Origin: Vicugna vicugna
Lineage: Eukaryota
DNA length: 64,000 bases
Direction of reading: 5' to 3'
NCBI GenBank assembly: GCA_013265495.1
Contig: MU058221.1
Span: 4,280,001-4,344,000 of the forward strand
Made by a program: the position numbers and the translations under genes. Position 1 is the first letter of the stretch; each line of letters opens with the position of its first letter. Under the pieces are notes generated by a model. That model was not told the DNA's origin. It was given only the letters and a program-made list of their open reading frames with translations, and searched no databases. This document shows, in pieces, positions 52,355 to 63,320 of this stretch.

Positions 52355-52677
52355 CTTAATCTGTGAGCCAGCAATCCCACTCCTGGGTGTATATACAGAG
52401 GAAATTTTAATTCAAAAAGACACATGCACCCCAGTATTCACGGCAGCACTATTTACAATAGCCAAGACATGGAAGCAACCTAAATGTCCATCAACAGATG
52501 ACTAGATAAAGAAGTTGTGGTATACTTATACAATGGAATACTACTCGGCCATAAAAAAGAATAAAATAATGCCATTGGCAGCAACATGGATGGACCTGGA
52601 GATCATCATACTAAATGAAGTAAGCCAGAAAGAGAAAGAAAAATACGGTATCACTTATATGTGGAATCTAAAAAAAA
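52355..52677 (+). mobile_element. Camelid-type L1 fragment (end of ORF2 plus proximal 3'UTR)
   Basis: ORF 52515 reads WYTYTMEYYSAIKKN...WMDLEIIILNEVSQ, the L1 ORF2 C-terminus. Confidence 0.92.
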
Positions 52678-53259
52678 TTTTTTTAGCTGGCAATCTCCCT
52701 GTCTCCCACTGGGACCCTGACTGCTACAACTGTTAATCCCCATTTCATTTTGGATGCGCAGATACCACTACATCACATATATTTCTCAGATCATAAAATT
52801 CTTCTCATTATAATACTACTGATTTTTTGACATGATACAGCCACCTTTTCATTTAGGATGCTAATTCCACTTTGTTTATTAAAATTAGTTATAAAAAATG
52901 CAGTCAGCCATTACTGATTTCCCAATGTTTTCAGTGTAGTCCCTTGAGCTTGTTTCTAAACACCCAAAGAGTCAACAACATAATAAAAACAAATGTTCTG
53001 TGGCTAAGAATTTGAAGACTTATTTTTACTCCTTACTGGGAATTCTGACCAATTCCTTACCGATGCTTTATTGCATGGACTCCAGGCAGAAAGGAGAATG
53101 ATCATTTCCATGCCACTTCATGCTGGGCGGCTGGGGGCCTCCGGGTAGAACCAACCAAGGTCATGTCTGTGCCCTGCTCTCACCTAAGTTCAGTGTCACT
53201 AGGCTTGTCTCAGCTCCTCAGATAATCTAATCTCAGCTTCAGTTTGGGGATGAGCTAGT

Positions 53260-53575
53260 TCCCCCACCTGGAATGTTCTTCACCCAGTTCTCCATCTCCT
53301 CTCTCAGTACCTCCTACTTCAGTTCAAAAGCCATTTTCTCAGAGAGGATGCCTTAGTCAGACCTCCTGCTCTGCATCTCAGAATGGCCTGTCCCCTTCCT
53401 TCCTCACCCTCCTCCCACTTTGTAATTACAGTTCTACTTGTGTAGTTACTTGAGTGACTGCGATCTTCCCCCAGAAGATCATGAGCTCCCCAGGGCAGAA
53501 ATCGTATCTGTTTTCCTACCCTCTGCCCACGGAAGCCAGGGCTGAGTGCCCAGTGACTAGGAGATGAATGGATGA
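53260..53575 (+). mobile_element. L2 3' end
   Basis: 'cctggaatgttcttc...tgagctccccagggcagaaatcgtatctg...gaatggatg'. Confidence 0.7.
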
Positions 53576-53679
53576 TGGAGCCTCCGTCAGCTACAGGACA
53601 GTGTTTTCTTCAGGATAAAATGCTCTTGTTTGTGGATCTCTCTTTAGACTGAAAATGCTTAAGGTATATTGATTAACCA

Positions 53680-53830
53680 AAGATCATGACCTTGAGTACG
53701 TTGCTTAATTTCTCTGGGTCCATTTTTGGGAACTGAGATACTTCCTACCTGGCCTTTTTTTTCTGTCTCTCATAAGGTTGTGGGAAAGGTCAGGTGCCAG
53801 TATGTACACATAAGTACTCTGTAAACATAA
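53680..53830 (+). mobile_element. MIR fragment
   Basis: 'tgaccttgagtacgttgcttaatttctctgggtc...aagtactctgtaaac'. Confidence 0.6.
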
Positions 53831-54224
53831 TGGGCCACAAGAATTCTAAGTATCTAGATAGTAGACTCTATCATGCATCTCCAAACCCAGACCGCCATTC
53901 CTAAGAGCCCACGAGATGAGCGGCTAAATCAAGCTCCTTCAGAATGTGAAAGGGCCTCCATCCTCACGAATTCATTTATTGATTTCATTTACTAAGCCCT
54001 TAACTATGGGGCAGTCTCTGTGAGAAATGCTGGGACTATGAAGTTGAAGATGTCTGTGCCTGGGAGGCCCACGAGCCATGACAGGGAGGCAGATGTAAGC
54101 ACAGGTAAGTGCCCTCAAGTCCTCCAGGACTAGGCAGAGGGCAGAGGGGGTCCTGTGTCACCACACTCCTGAACGATGTATGTGATGAGAACTCTTAATG
54201 ATGGATCTATTTGCCGAGTTTGGG

Positions 54225-54615
54225 GCAGGGTTAAGAACATCTACAAGGGATGTCGAGGGACCCAGGACTAGCAGCAGTTACCGCTGTAGGTTTAAAGAGT
54301 CGAGAGGATGAAACAATATTACTGGAACCCAACTGAGAGCTAGACCCAGGGGAGAAGGGCAAACTGACAAAAGCTACAATTGTAGAGGTGGCGACTACAA
54401 TCAAAACTTCGCTGCAGCAGGAAGGGGGCCAGAGGAATAAAGACCTCATCATCTTTCTCTTCTCCCTCTCAGATCTCCTGCCAGGTTTCCCATCGACCAA
54501 CCCAAGTGGCAGCCAGAGAGCAAGGGAGTTGGGCGATACCATCCACAGATGTCAGCATCTCAGAGAAGGGGCCAGAGCACAGAAGTGCAGGGGGTAACGG
54601 GGGCATGTGTAACAC
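54225..54615 (-). mobile_element. ERVL-class LTR fragment (LTR33/LTR16-like)
   Basis: 'ctcagatctcctgccagg...ggcagccagagagcaagggagttgg...catccacagatgtcagc'. Confidence 0.5.
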
Positions 54616-54667
54616 AACCAGTCTTACCTCCACTCGGAATGGTCCAAACGGCCTCAGAGGAAAAGAG

Positions 54668-55112
54668 ACGATTAGTTTTCCACGGCTGCTGTTAACAGAT
54701 TACCACCACTGTGTGCTTTAAAACAACAGAAAAGTATTCTCTCCCAGGTCAGGAGGTTGAAAGTCTGAAATCAAGGTGCCCGCAGAGCCGTGCAAAGGCT
54801 CTTAGGGAAGAACCCTTCCTGGCCCCTTGCCAGCTCCTGACGCTTGCCCGTAATCCTTGCCAGGCATTGGCGTGAAGAGGCATCACTCCCTTCTCTGCCT
54901 CAGCTGTCACATGGCCGCCTTCTGTGTGTGTCTCTGTGTCTTCACATGGCCTTCTTACAAAACACCCATCATTGAAATTAGGGCCCACCCTCATTCAGCT
55001 TGACTTCATCTTAACCTAATTACACCTACCAAGAGTCTGTTTCCAAGTAAGGTCATATCCTAAGGTTCCAGGGGAAGAGAGGTTTTGGGGAGACACTATT
55101 CGATCCAGTACA
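54668..55112 (-). mobile_element. MLT1C/D-like MaLR LTR
   Basis: 'attagttttccacggctgctgttaacagattacca...tttccaagtaaggtcata...gacactattcgatccagtaca'. Confidence 0.88.
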
Positions 55113-56339
55113 GAGATCTTGGGAGTTGAGCCCTGAGAGTTTATAGATGGCCAGCAGGCACACTGGGGTGGAGGACATGGCCTCTGACTGTAGCACGTGA
55201 GCAAACAGCAACCTTGCCCCCACTGTAAAGTCCGCTCTGAGGACTGTAAGTTTCATGTCTGTTCCAAAGATGCCATGAAGACCCTTGGCCCCAAGGGGAA
55301 AGGAGGGTAGCAGCTGCTGGTTCAGGAGCTGCTGGTGGTGGGAGTTCTCAGGATAGAAAGGTAGGAAAAGCCAGCTATCTCTGGGAGAGCTCACCCGGAG
55401 TGGTCTGAGTGTTGAACTGAACCGAAGTGGAAATGATGCTGTGAAGTCGCTTTTACAAAAGACGGGAAGGGACAGTGTTCCAAAGGGTCAAATAAGGAGG
55501 CTGTCAGGAGGGGACGCCAAGATGGCTTTTCCCTTCACAGATTAAGTCTAGCCAGGGAAGCCACTGTCTGTCTGTAGGAAGGTGAGGAACAGTCTGGGAG
55601 ACGCTCTGCCAGAGACCGAAGTGGGCTCCAGTTCTCAGAGAGGTCGCAGGGTCTAAGTTATCCTAGGCGTCAGAAGAAATGCTTTGACTTTGAAATGTTG
55701 AATGGGTCATTTTGAATCAGGTCACTTTGAGCAGGTCGTTTTGAATCTCAAATAAGAAATCCCAGTATTCAGTATTAATTACAAACGAAAAAAGGGCGGT
55801 GGTGGTTATTCACGGGGTTTTAATACAAAATGAAAATGCGGAAAACATTTACTTTGACGAGTCTGTACTGACGCTGTATTTTGCCTTGAGAAGCTTCAAC
55901 TCTTCTTCCTTCTTCTTCACATCCATTTTCTGAAACGCCCTGCTGGCTAAGATGCAGCCACCAGAGCAAAGAAGTGTCACCGAGCACAGTGGGAAAGCTG
56001 GCACATCCCGGGGCCCAGACAAGGGCAGTGTCACGGGGCAGGTGAGAACATCTCATTAAGCACAGAGAAAGGTGTTGACAGGTCTCCTCAGATCTCTTCT
56101 CCCTTGTGACCAGCCTAACAGGACAAGACAATAGAGATCAAACAGTATTCATCTCATTAGGTTCCATTGTTTTTTTTTTTAGCAATGGTGAGATGGAAAG
56201 TATGAGGTTGAGTACAGGCCGGTGTATTTAATGCATTTGTTGGAATTAAATGACACCGCTTTCCCGTGTCTAGTGTAGTGTCTCCAGTCATTTAGCAAGG
56301 ATTTCCAAAGTGTTTCTTGGAGATTCAGCCATGCCCTGG

Positions 56340-56948
56340 TGATGAAGTAAAAATGGATGTGGGGTGTGAGGAGGGCCGTGTCCCAGGCTTCAGCTGAGCC
56401 CCTGGGACGTGCCCCACCAAGTGTGGGTCCTTGGCTTCGCGCAGGAAAGAATTCAAGAGCGAACCACAGTTGAGTAAAGGTAGATTTATTTAGAGAGATA
56501 CATTGAAAGGCCACGAGATGTGAGGTGCTCAGATTAAAAGTAGGTACACACTCCATAGACAGAGTGCGGGCCGCCTCCGAAGAGGGAGAGAGAGGGGGCA
56601 GCCGCGAGGCACCATGTTGCCAGTTTTTATAGGCTCGGTGGCTTCATATGCTAATAAGTGGAAGGACCAGTCTAACCAGCCTGGGGAAGGGGCTGGGATT
56701 CCCAGGAAGTTGGCCATTTCCCACTCTTTGGCCTTTGGTGGCCTTGGGGCTGCCCTGGTGCCTGTGGGCGTGTTATTCACCATGTTAATACATTACAATA
56801 AGCATATAATGAAGCTCAAGACCTACTAGAAGTTAAATCTCCCATCATCTTGAGCCTCAAGGCCTCCTGGGGGTTGAATCTTTCACCATTTTGATGTTAA
56901 TTGCTGCAGCATCCTTGAATGGCTGTGCCCTGCCCCCTTCCTGTCTCA
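56340..56948 (-). mobile_element. Intact ERV1-class solo LTR (609 bp)
   Basis: TG...CA termini, perfect 4-bp TSD CTGG (56336-39 / 56949-52), minus-strand TATAAAA (56625-31) and AATAAA (56485-90), CpGs retained. Confidence 0.93.
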
Positions 56949-57064
56949 CTGGGGGGCACCGGAGAGGGGATGAAAGTGTGCTTGCAGATCAGGGTGAGGT
57001 GTGGGCTTCCAGGTCAGATTTTGTGCTGACAAATGGCACTGCAGTGACACTTGTTTAGAGAGAG

Positions 57065-57230
57065 AATCACAAGCGATGGTTCTACCCACAGCCCTGCCAC
57101 TAGGACTTCTGTAACCACGGATGACTCGCTTCACTTCCCTTCATTCAGAAAAGGGCAGCAATTAAACAGTTAGGAGAACATTTTGTAAAGGTAACGGCGT
57201 GACTTGGTACAAGGCACCACCGCTGACATT
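57065..57230 (+). mobile_element. MIR fragment
   Basis: 'agccctgccactag...ctcgcttcacttc...gcgtgacttggtaca'. Confidence 0.5.
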
Positions 57231-57621
57231 AGCATCACCAGTGTCATCATCATTGTCCTCCTTTGGCACTGAAGGCTTACCGTTCTTTGGCGGCTCTTCC
57301 TAATCTCACTAATTTCATGTTTCCATGACTCCTTTCTCCAGAACTTCAGCTCCAGTCCACATAAGTATAGTTCATTCACATACACACTTTCCCGTCTACT
57401 CCCTAGTTTACCTGTTGTCTGTCGCTGAACCACGCCCGTTTTGTTCCCTGCTGCACACCCAGTTTCATAAGGCCAAGGACAGAGTAGACACTAAGCAAGT
57501 ATTCGCTGAACAAATGAATAAACAAGTGACTCTCGTGTGGTCTGGGGCTGGGTGGCTTCTTGCCAGTGTCTGGGTTAAGGATCTCAGCAATCAAACCACA
57601 AGAAACTCAGTTAAACTCCTG

Positions 57622-58326
57622 ACGCCCTGAATGGCACTTCGATATCTTGGAAGGGCTTTAATCATCAAAATAAACAACCACAACCGACTGGCAAAACTAG
57701 TAAGGGTCCACTAACTGGTTTCCCAGTATCCAATCTCTTCTTCACCCAGCGTGTCCTCCCCTCTGCCACCAGAGATAATCCTCTCAATGGCAAAGTTGGA
57801 TTTGCCCATCCTCTTCTTACAATCCGACATGCCAGGCACTCATTTATTTATTCATTCCTCAAATATTTATTAAAATGATTACAAGAAATACAGGAAAGGA
57901 TAGAGAAAGAAAAATATAGGTTTTTAAAAGTATTAGAGATACCTGGATGACAGATGGTCGGACTAACCAGCTTAATGCCCTGAATGGCACTTCGATATCT
58001 TGGAAGGGCTTTGATCATCAAAATAAACAACCACAACTGACTGGCAAAACTAGTAAGGGTCCACTAATTGGTTTCCCAGTATCCAATCTCTTCTTCATCC
58101 AGCGTGTCCTCCCCTCTGCCACCAGAGATAACCCTCTCAATGACAAAGTTGGATTTGCCCATCCTCTTCTTACAATCCGACATGCCAGGCACTCATTTAT
58201 TTATTCATTCCTCAAATATTCATTAAAATGATTACAAGAAATACAGGAAAGGACAGAGAAAGAAAAATATAGGTTTTTACAGTATTAGAGATACCTGGAT
58301 GACAGACAGTTGGACTAACCAGCCTA
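57622..58326. repeat. Two-copy tandem duplication, period 353 (57622-57974 / 57975-58326)
   Basis: About 12-14 differences, nearly all transitions. Confidence 0.98.
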
Positions 58327-58939
58327 GACAGTGTCGCTGGGGTAAAACTTCAGGAAAGAAGCCTGAAAGGAACTGAGCACAGCCAGACAAGGCCACATGA
58401 GGTCAAGTTTCCTGGCAGTCAGATCAGGACAGAACCACAGCCTGACTCCGTAACGAACAGGAGCCCCGAAGGTATTTCTTGTGAAGGACCATTACTTTTG
58501 GAATTTTCGAAACTCTTGAAGTAATTCAGATTTCCGGCAGTCAGCTTAGAGAGCAGCCTTCATGTTTCATGGTGGATGAATAAATGAAGTACTGCATAAA
58601 ACGCTGGGCATGGTAAAGAAAAACGCAGAGACTGAAGGGCTCGTCAGAAGTGGCTGAGGCCAGGTCTGAAAATAGAATCAAAAGGGCAAAGGAGTAAGAA
58701 ATGGTGTGAGGGAGGGGATAAAGTGAAATGGGAAGCCAGAAATCCTCATTTTTAGACAATTCACTTACTAGTGGAGTGGCTTTGGATGATATGGCTAAAC
58801 TTGAAACTTGGGTTTCTCTTCTGCGTGAGGGAGGTGACCCCATGGCCCTAGCACACACTTGCCTGGTCCATTTGGTCATTTGAGGGAGGGATAAGATCAT
58901 GAATGTAAAAGACCTTTGTACACACTGGATCATTTTACC

Positions 58940-59600
58940 TTTTCTAACAGCATCATTGAAATATCATCTACATCCACAACGAACCCATTTAAAGTACGCA
59001 GTGTAACAGTTTCTTGGATATTCACAAGGTTATATATACAACCATCATTGTGATGAATTTTAGAACATTTTCATCACCCAAAAAAAGATACCCTAGGACT
59101 ATTAGCAGTCATTCTTCCATTTCCCTCCCCGCCTTCACTCCACACACACACCACCACCACCCCACCCCAGCCCCAGGCAACCATTAATCTACTCTCTGTC
59201 ACTAGAGATTTTTCTATTTCATATAAATGGATTTATACAATCTGTGGTCTTTTGCAACCAGATCCTTTCATTAAGCTTAGTTTCCAAAGTTTATCCGTGT
59301 TGTGGCGTGTATCCATTCTTCATTCCTATCTAATTTATTAACTAAGAACACCCCTTCCAGGGATATATCACATTCTCTAGCCACTTATGCATTGATGGAC
59401 GTTTGGGTTGCTTGCACTTTTGGGTATTATGAATAATGCTGCTACGACTATCTGTGTACAAGCTTTTGTGTAGACTTATGTTTTAGCTTCTCCTGAGTGC
59501 ATGCCTAGGCCTGGACTTGCTGGGTCATGCGGTAACTCTGTTTGACATTTTGAGGAGCTACCAACTTCTTTCCAAAAGCTGCACCATCTTACAATTTTAC
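58940..59600 (-). mobile_element. L1MB-like 3' end
   Basis: 'cccatttaaagtac...ttttagaacattttcatcacccaaaaa...ccccagccccaggcaaccattaatctact'. Confidence 0.88.
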
Positions 59601-59609
59601 CTTTCGGGT

Positions 59610-59985
59610 GCCTTTGAGGAACACCCAGGAGACCAGTGTTCCTGGACAGAGTGAGCAGTGGGAAGAGGAGAATTTGAAAAAGACCCATAACAGGGGTTAG
59701 ATCATGTAAGTCACTATGAGCTATTGGGGTAATTTTGTTTTTACTCTCAAAAAGGTGCGAAGCCATCAGAAGATGTTGATCAAGACAATGACATGACCTA
59801 ACTAACATTTTAACAGGACTCTACTGGAAGCGGTCCTGAGAGCAGACTGAAAAGGAAAGGGATTAGAGCACAGGCTGGTTACAAGATGATTATTACTGTG
59901 ATCCGCGTAAGGAATGTTGATGGCTTGGACCAAAAGAGGTGGAAAGAAATTGTTGGAGTTGGGATATATTCAGAAGGTAGCACTT
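59610..59985 (-). mobile_element. L2 fragment
   Basis: 'tgacatgacctaactaacattttaacagg...gatggcttggacca...ggatatattcagaaggtag'. Confidence 0.7.
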
Positions 59986-61159
59986 CATTTCTCCAATAAA
60001 GATGAGAATCATTTTATAACTACCTCTAAGTCACATTCAAAATGTAATTGAGCTTTTTACTGATATTCTATTAATGTGCTGCACTGGAAGGAGTCCCCTG
60101 AATCTACAGATTAACTTGGGGGACACCTGTTACAATATGGTTTCTCCTGCATAGACATGTGCCCCCGTCTTCTTCTGTGCACCATAGTAAGGGTTTGCAG
60201 TTTTCCTCATGTATGTCCTGTAAATTTCTTTTTAAGATCTTTGTCAGGAGAGACATGTGTGTGCCTATGTGTCCAACTGATTATGGCTGATCTAGAGAAA
60301 AAAATACAGACTTTTGTGTATCTACTTTTTAACTGGCCATTTTACTCAAATCTTATTAGTTCCAATATTTTTCCTAAGTTTTTCAGTTTAATATTCATAT
60401 GTCAAGAAATTTATTTATACATTTCCAATATTTAGGCATGCTAGGATACCTCCTGGATAGGAGAGTTTTGATGGTAAGGATTTGGAATGGATCTTATAGA
60501 CAATGAAGGGTGGATCCCAGTGGTACATACCAATGGATCTCCAGGATTTGGGGACCAGAATGGGAACACCAGGTACCAGGATAGGAGTGTGGATGGGATA
60601 GGGGAGAGGAGTGGGGAAGGGAGGGAAGAATGCAGCAGAAGGAAGCGCTAATAAAGGTGTTGAAATGAGGGCTTAAATATTTAAAGCAAGCTTGGGTTCA
60701 CTTGGGTTAGACTTCTTAGAGAATTGGGAACTTAGGAGGCTGGCAGCCTCATTGTATCTATGAAGACAATGAGGTCCAAAGAGGAGAAGAGCATCTTCCA
60801 AGGCTGCAAGGTTAATGGGTAAGCCTAGGCTAGGACGTGATCCAGGTCTCTTTCTGCTCAGTGCATAACAGGTGGCCAGCCTCAGAGAGGAGAAGCCAAG
60901 CCAAAAGGATGTCAAGAAGCAGAGTCTTTGGCCCATCCCCCGGCTTTTGGCTGGGGAGAAGGTGGAATATACCTTTGTTCCCCACATCTCCGCAGGGTGC
61001 TGGACTGGAGAGAGAAACAGAAAGACGGACAGAAAGGAAGCAGAACACCAAGCCACCAACTACTTGCCCTTCTACAATTATTGGCCCTTGGGGAAATCCG
61101 CTTACTTTCCTGGACCTCAGCTATTATCATCTTAAAAATACGGGTACCGCTGAAATTGG

Positions 61160-61400
61160 AGGCTACATCCAACTTACAGATATATTTTGGTTTTGCTATA
61201 TTTGAAAGCAATTTTAATCATTTGGCAGCATTTAGAAGTCATGAAAATCGACATAAAATCCGGATTTCTGGCTTTTCTTGAAAAGTGTGAAGGTCTCGTG
61301 ACACTGGGCCAACTTGCCGCACACTGTCCATTGCTGATTGTCCGTGTCGAGGGTTATCACTGCCCTCGTCCCTACCTGCTCACTTGTCTGGGTCACCCAC
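61160..61400. mobile_element. MER102-like hAT element
   Basis: 'acataaaatccggatttctggcttttcttgaaaa...acactgggcc'. Confidence 0.65.
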
Positions 61401-61836
61401 CTTGCCTCCAGGGGCTTTTGTAATATAATCTCACGATATGCTCAGTTTCAACGGTCTGTGAGTGTGTCATGCTCTGATTCTCAGCATGATCTTGGCAAAT
61501 ACACCTCAAGTCAGGTTAACCCACGTGTCTGCCCCTCTGAATTTGTCCTCCCCTATGTTGTTGCAGGCTTGGCTGGTTTCTCCACTTTCCTGTAGTCTCA
61601 GCACATGTCCTCTTCCCGGAGCCCCGGCTGCGGGTCTTTGGCAGTAGAATTCCAGTCAACGCTGGTCATTTGGGTGTTCTCTATTTCTCCTCTAGACTAA
61701 ATGGCCTGGCTTCTGGCTCCTGTCCAGCATGGCTTGGGAGGGAGGAAGTGGCAGACCTGGCTTCCCTGGCTCCCTTCCAGAACTGGTCCCTGTGACCTCT
61801 CTTTATCCCTTCATTCCACAAACTCCAGGGTAGCAA

Positions 61837-61847
61837 ATGAGTCAGCA
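61837..61847. promoter_or_regulatory. AP-1/MARE-type motif ATGAGTCAGCA at the edge of a CpG-richer unique block
   Basis: Motif match only; no functional data. Confidence 0.3.
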
Positions 61848-62479
61848 TCGAATGGTGCCCGTTGTATATCTAAGGGAAAGAGCCCAGCGTTGACCCTGGC
61901 CGCTCAGTCTGCTAGAGGCTCCTGCAGGATGGAGAGCAAGTGAGCAGAGAATGCAGCCGAGTGCCAACAGAGGCCAGCGCAGAGTCTGACGGAGTCCCAG
62001 GAACAGCCCTGTCTCTGGATGTGGTTAGCGGATGGTAAGACAACTTTCAGAAGCAGGAAGACAGGGGGCACTCATGCTGAAGTCAAGGGTAGAGCTCCGG
62101 AGCAATTTTTACAAACAGCCTGGGAGAGGATGGGAGTCTTAAGGACACCCAGGCAAAGACAGGGAGGTGAAACGCACACCAAGAGGGCCAAGCGGAAGCA
62201 GCTACTGCAGTAAGAGAACACAAGGTCACTGGGCTGAGTGCCGGCTGACGTAACGGACTGTGAGAAACAGATCCTAGCCGCGAGGCCGAGGCACCAGAAG
62301 AAGTCAGCGCATTTGGGGGCCACCCAGAAAACAGGTCAGGATGACAATTAAAGCCGCAGGATGGCAGCCCTTCTATGTGAAACTGGCAGGCAGCGCCGGC
62401 TAATGGTCTGGGCTGCCCAGGGTCTGAAAACAGCCCTACGTCAAGCTGATGTTGTGGTTAAGTGTCAGCTCCGCGTGAA

Positions 62480-63320
62480 TTCCGTGACTTCAGCTTCCCA
62501 AGTACTTAAACTAATTTGATACACGTTCCTCCCCCAAACTGCTCTCTCCGTTGTGTTCTCATGAATAATATCCTAATCCTTTAATTGCCTAAAGAGCAAC
62601 ATGGATTTGCACTCCTGTCCTTTCTCATTTACCATAAAACCCCCAAGTGGTACAATTGTTACCTTTCTTACATCTATCAAACACCCCTCCTTCTATTGTT
62701 GGGAATTAGGCTCTGAGTCTTACCATTCCTTGTGTGATTCTCCCACAGCCTTCTAACTAATTCAACTCTGCCCAGCATTTGCACCAGATCCAACCTTCCT
62801 CTATACAGAAGCCTGAGTGATCCTTAAGGGGATGAAAACCTAGTGTATAGCCCTGGCTTAAATCCATTCCAGGCCCTACTCTATAGTTTGTAGGGGAGGT
62901 AACTATCTGACTTGGAACCTCTTTTTCAGCCGTTCTCCCCATTTCCTTCTCATGATACAAAATCGCTGGGAATTTAAAGGGCCAGAGCCTTTCTCACCGC
63001 TGTGCCTGCAACTGGAATGCCGTCCACACTGTATCATCCAGATAGCTCTTAACCATCCTTCAAAAGCCACTCAGATGTCTCCATCTCCAGGAAATGATTC
63101 CTGAAACTCCAGCCTGTGTTGGGTGCCTCTGGCACTTGGCCACATTGTCCGGTAATCAATGCCTTCATTACCAGACTAGCTTCCCCACAAGGACAGACAC
63201 GTTACAGGTCTCACCACTTATGGGTGTCCTCTGTACCTAGCACAGTGCTTGGGCAGAGCTGGGCGTAATTGTTGAATGAGTGAATAAATAAGTAAAATGT
63301 TTGAATAAATGAATGGCTCA
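62480..63320 (+). mobile_element. L2 3' region
   Basis: 'tacctagcacagtgcttgggcagag...ttgttgaatgagtgaataaat' tail. Confidence 0.78.

Noticed and set aside
52515..52736. 73-aa ORF
   Set aside because: L1 ORF2 C-terminal fragment running into 3'UTR and flanking sequence.
26376..58326. CRISPR-like or satellite array
   Set aside because: Each repeat has only two long copies, the units are unrelated, there is no repeat-spacer structure, and the context is eukaryotic.
60673..61423. Cluster of overlapping 70-128 aa ORFs on both strands
   Set aside because: No recognisable domain; overlaps MIR and MER102-like fragments; consistent with chance.
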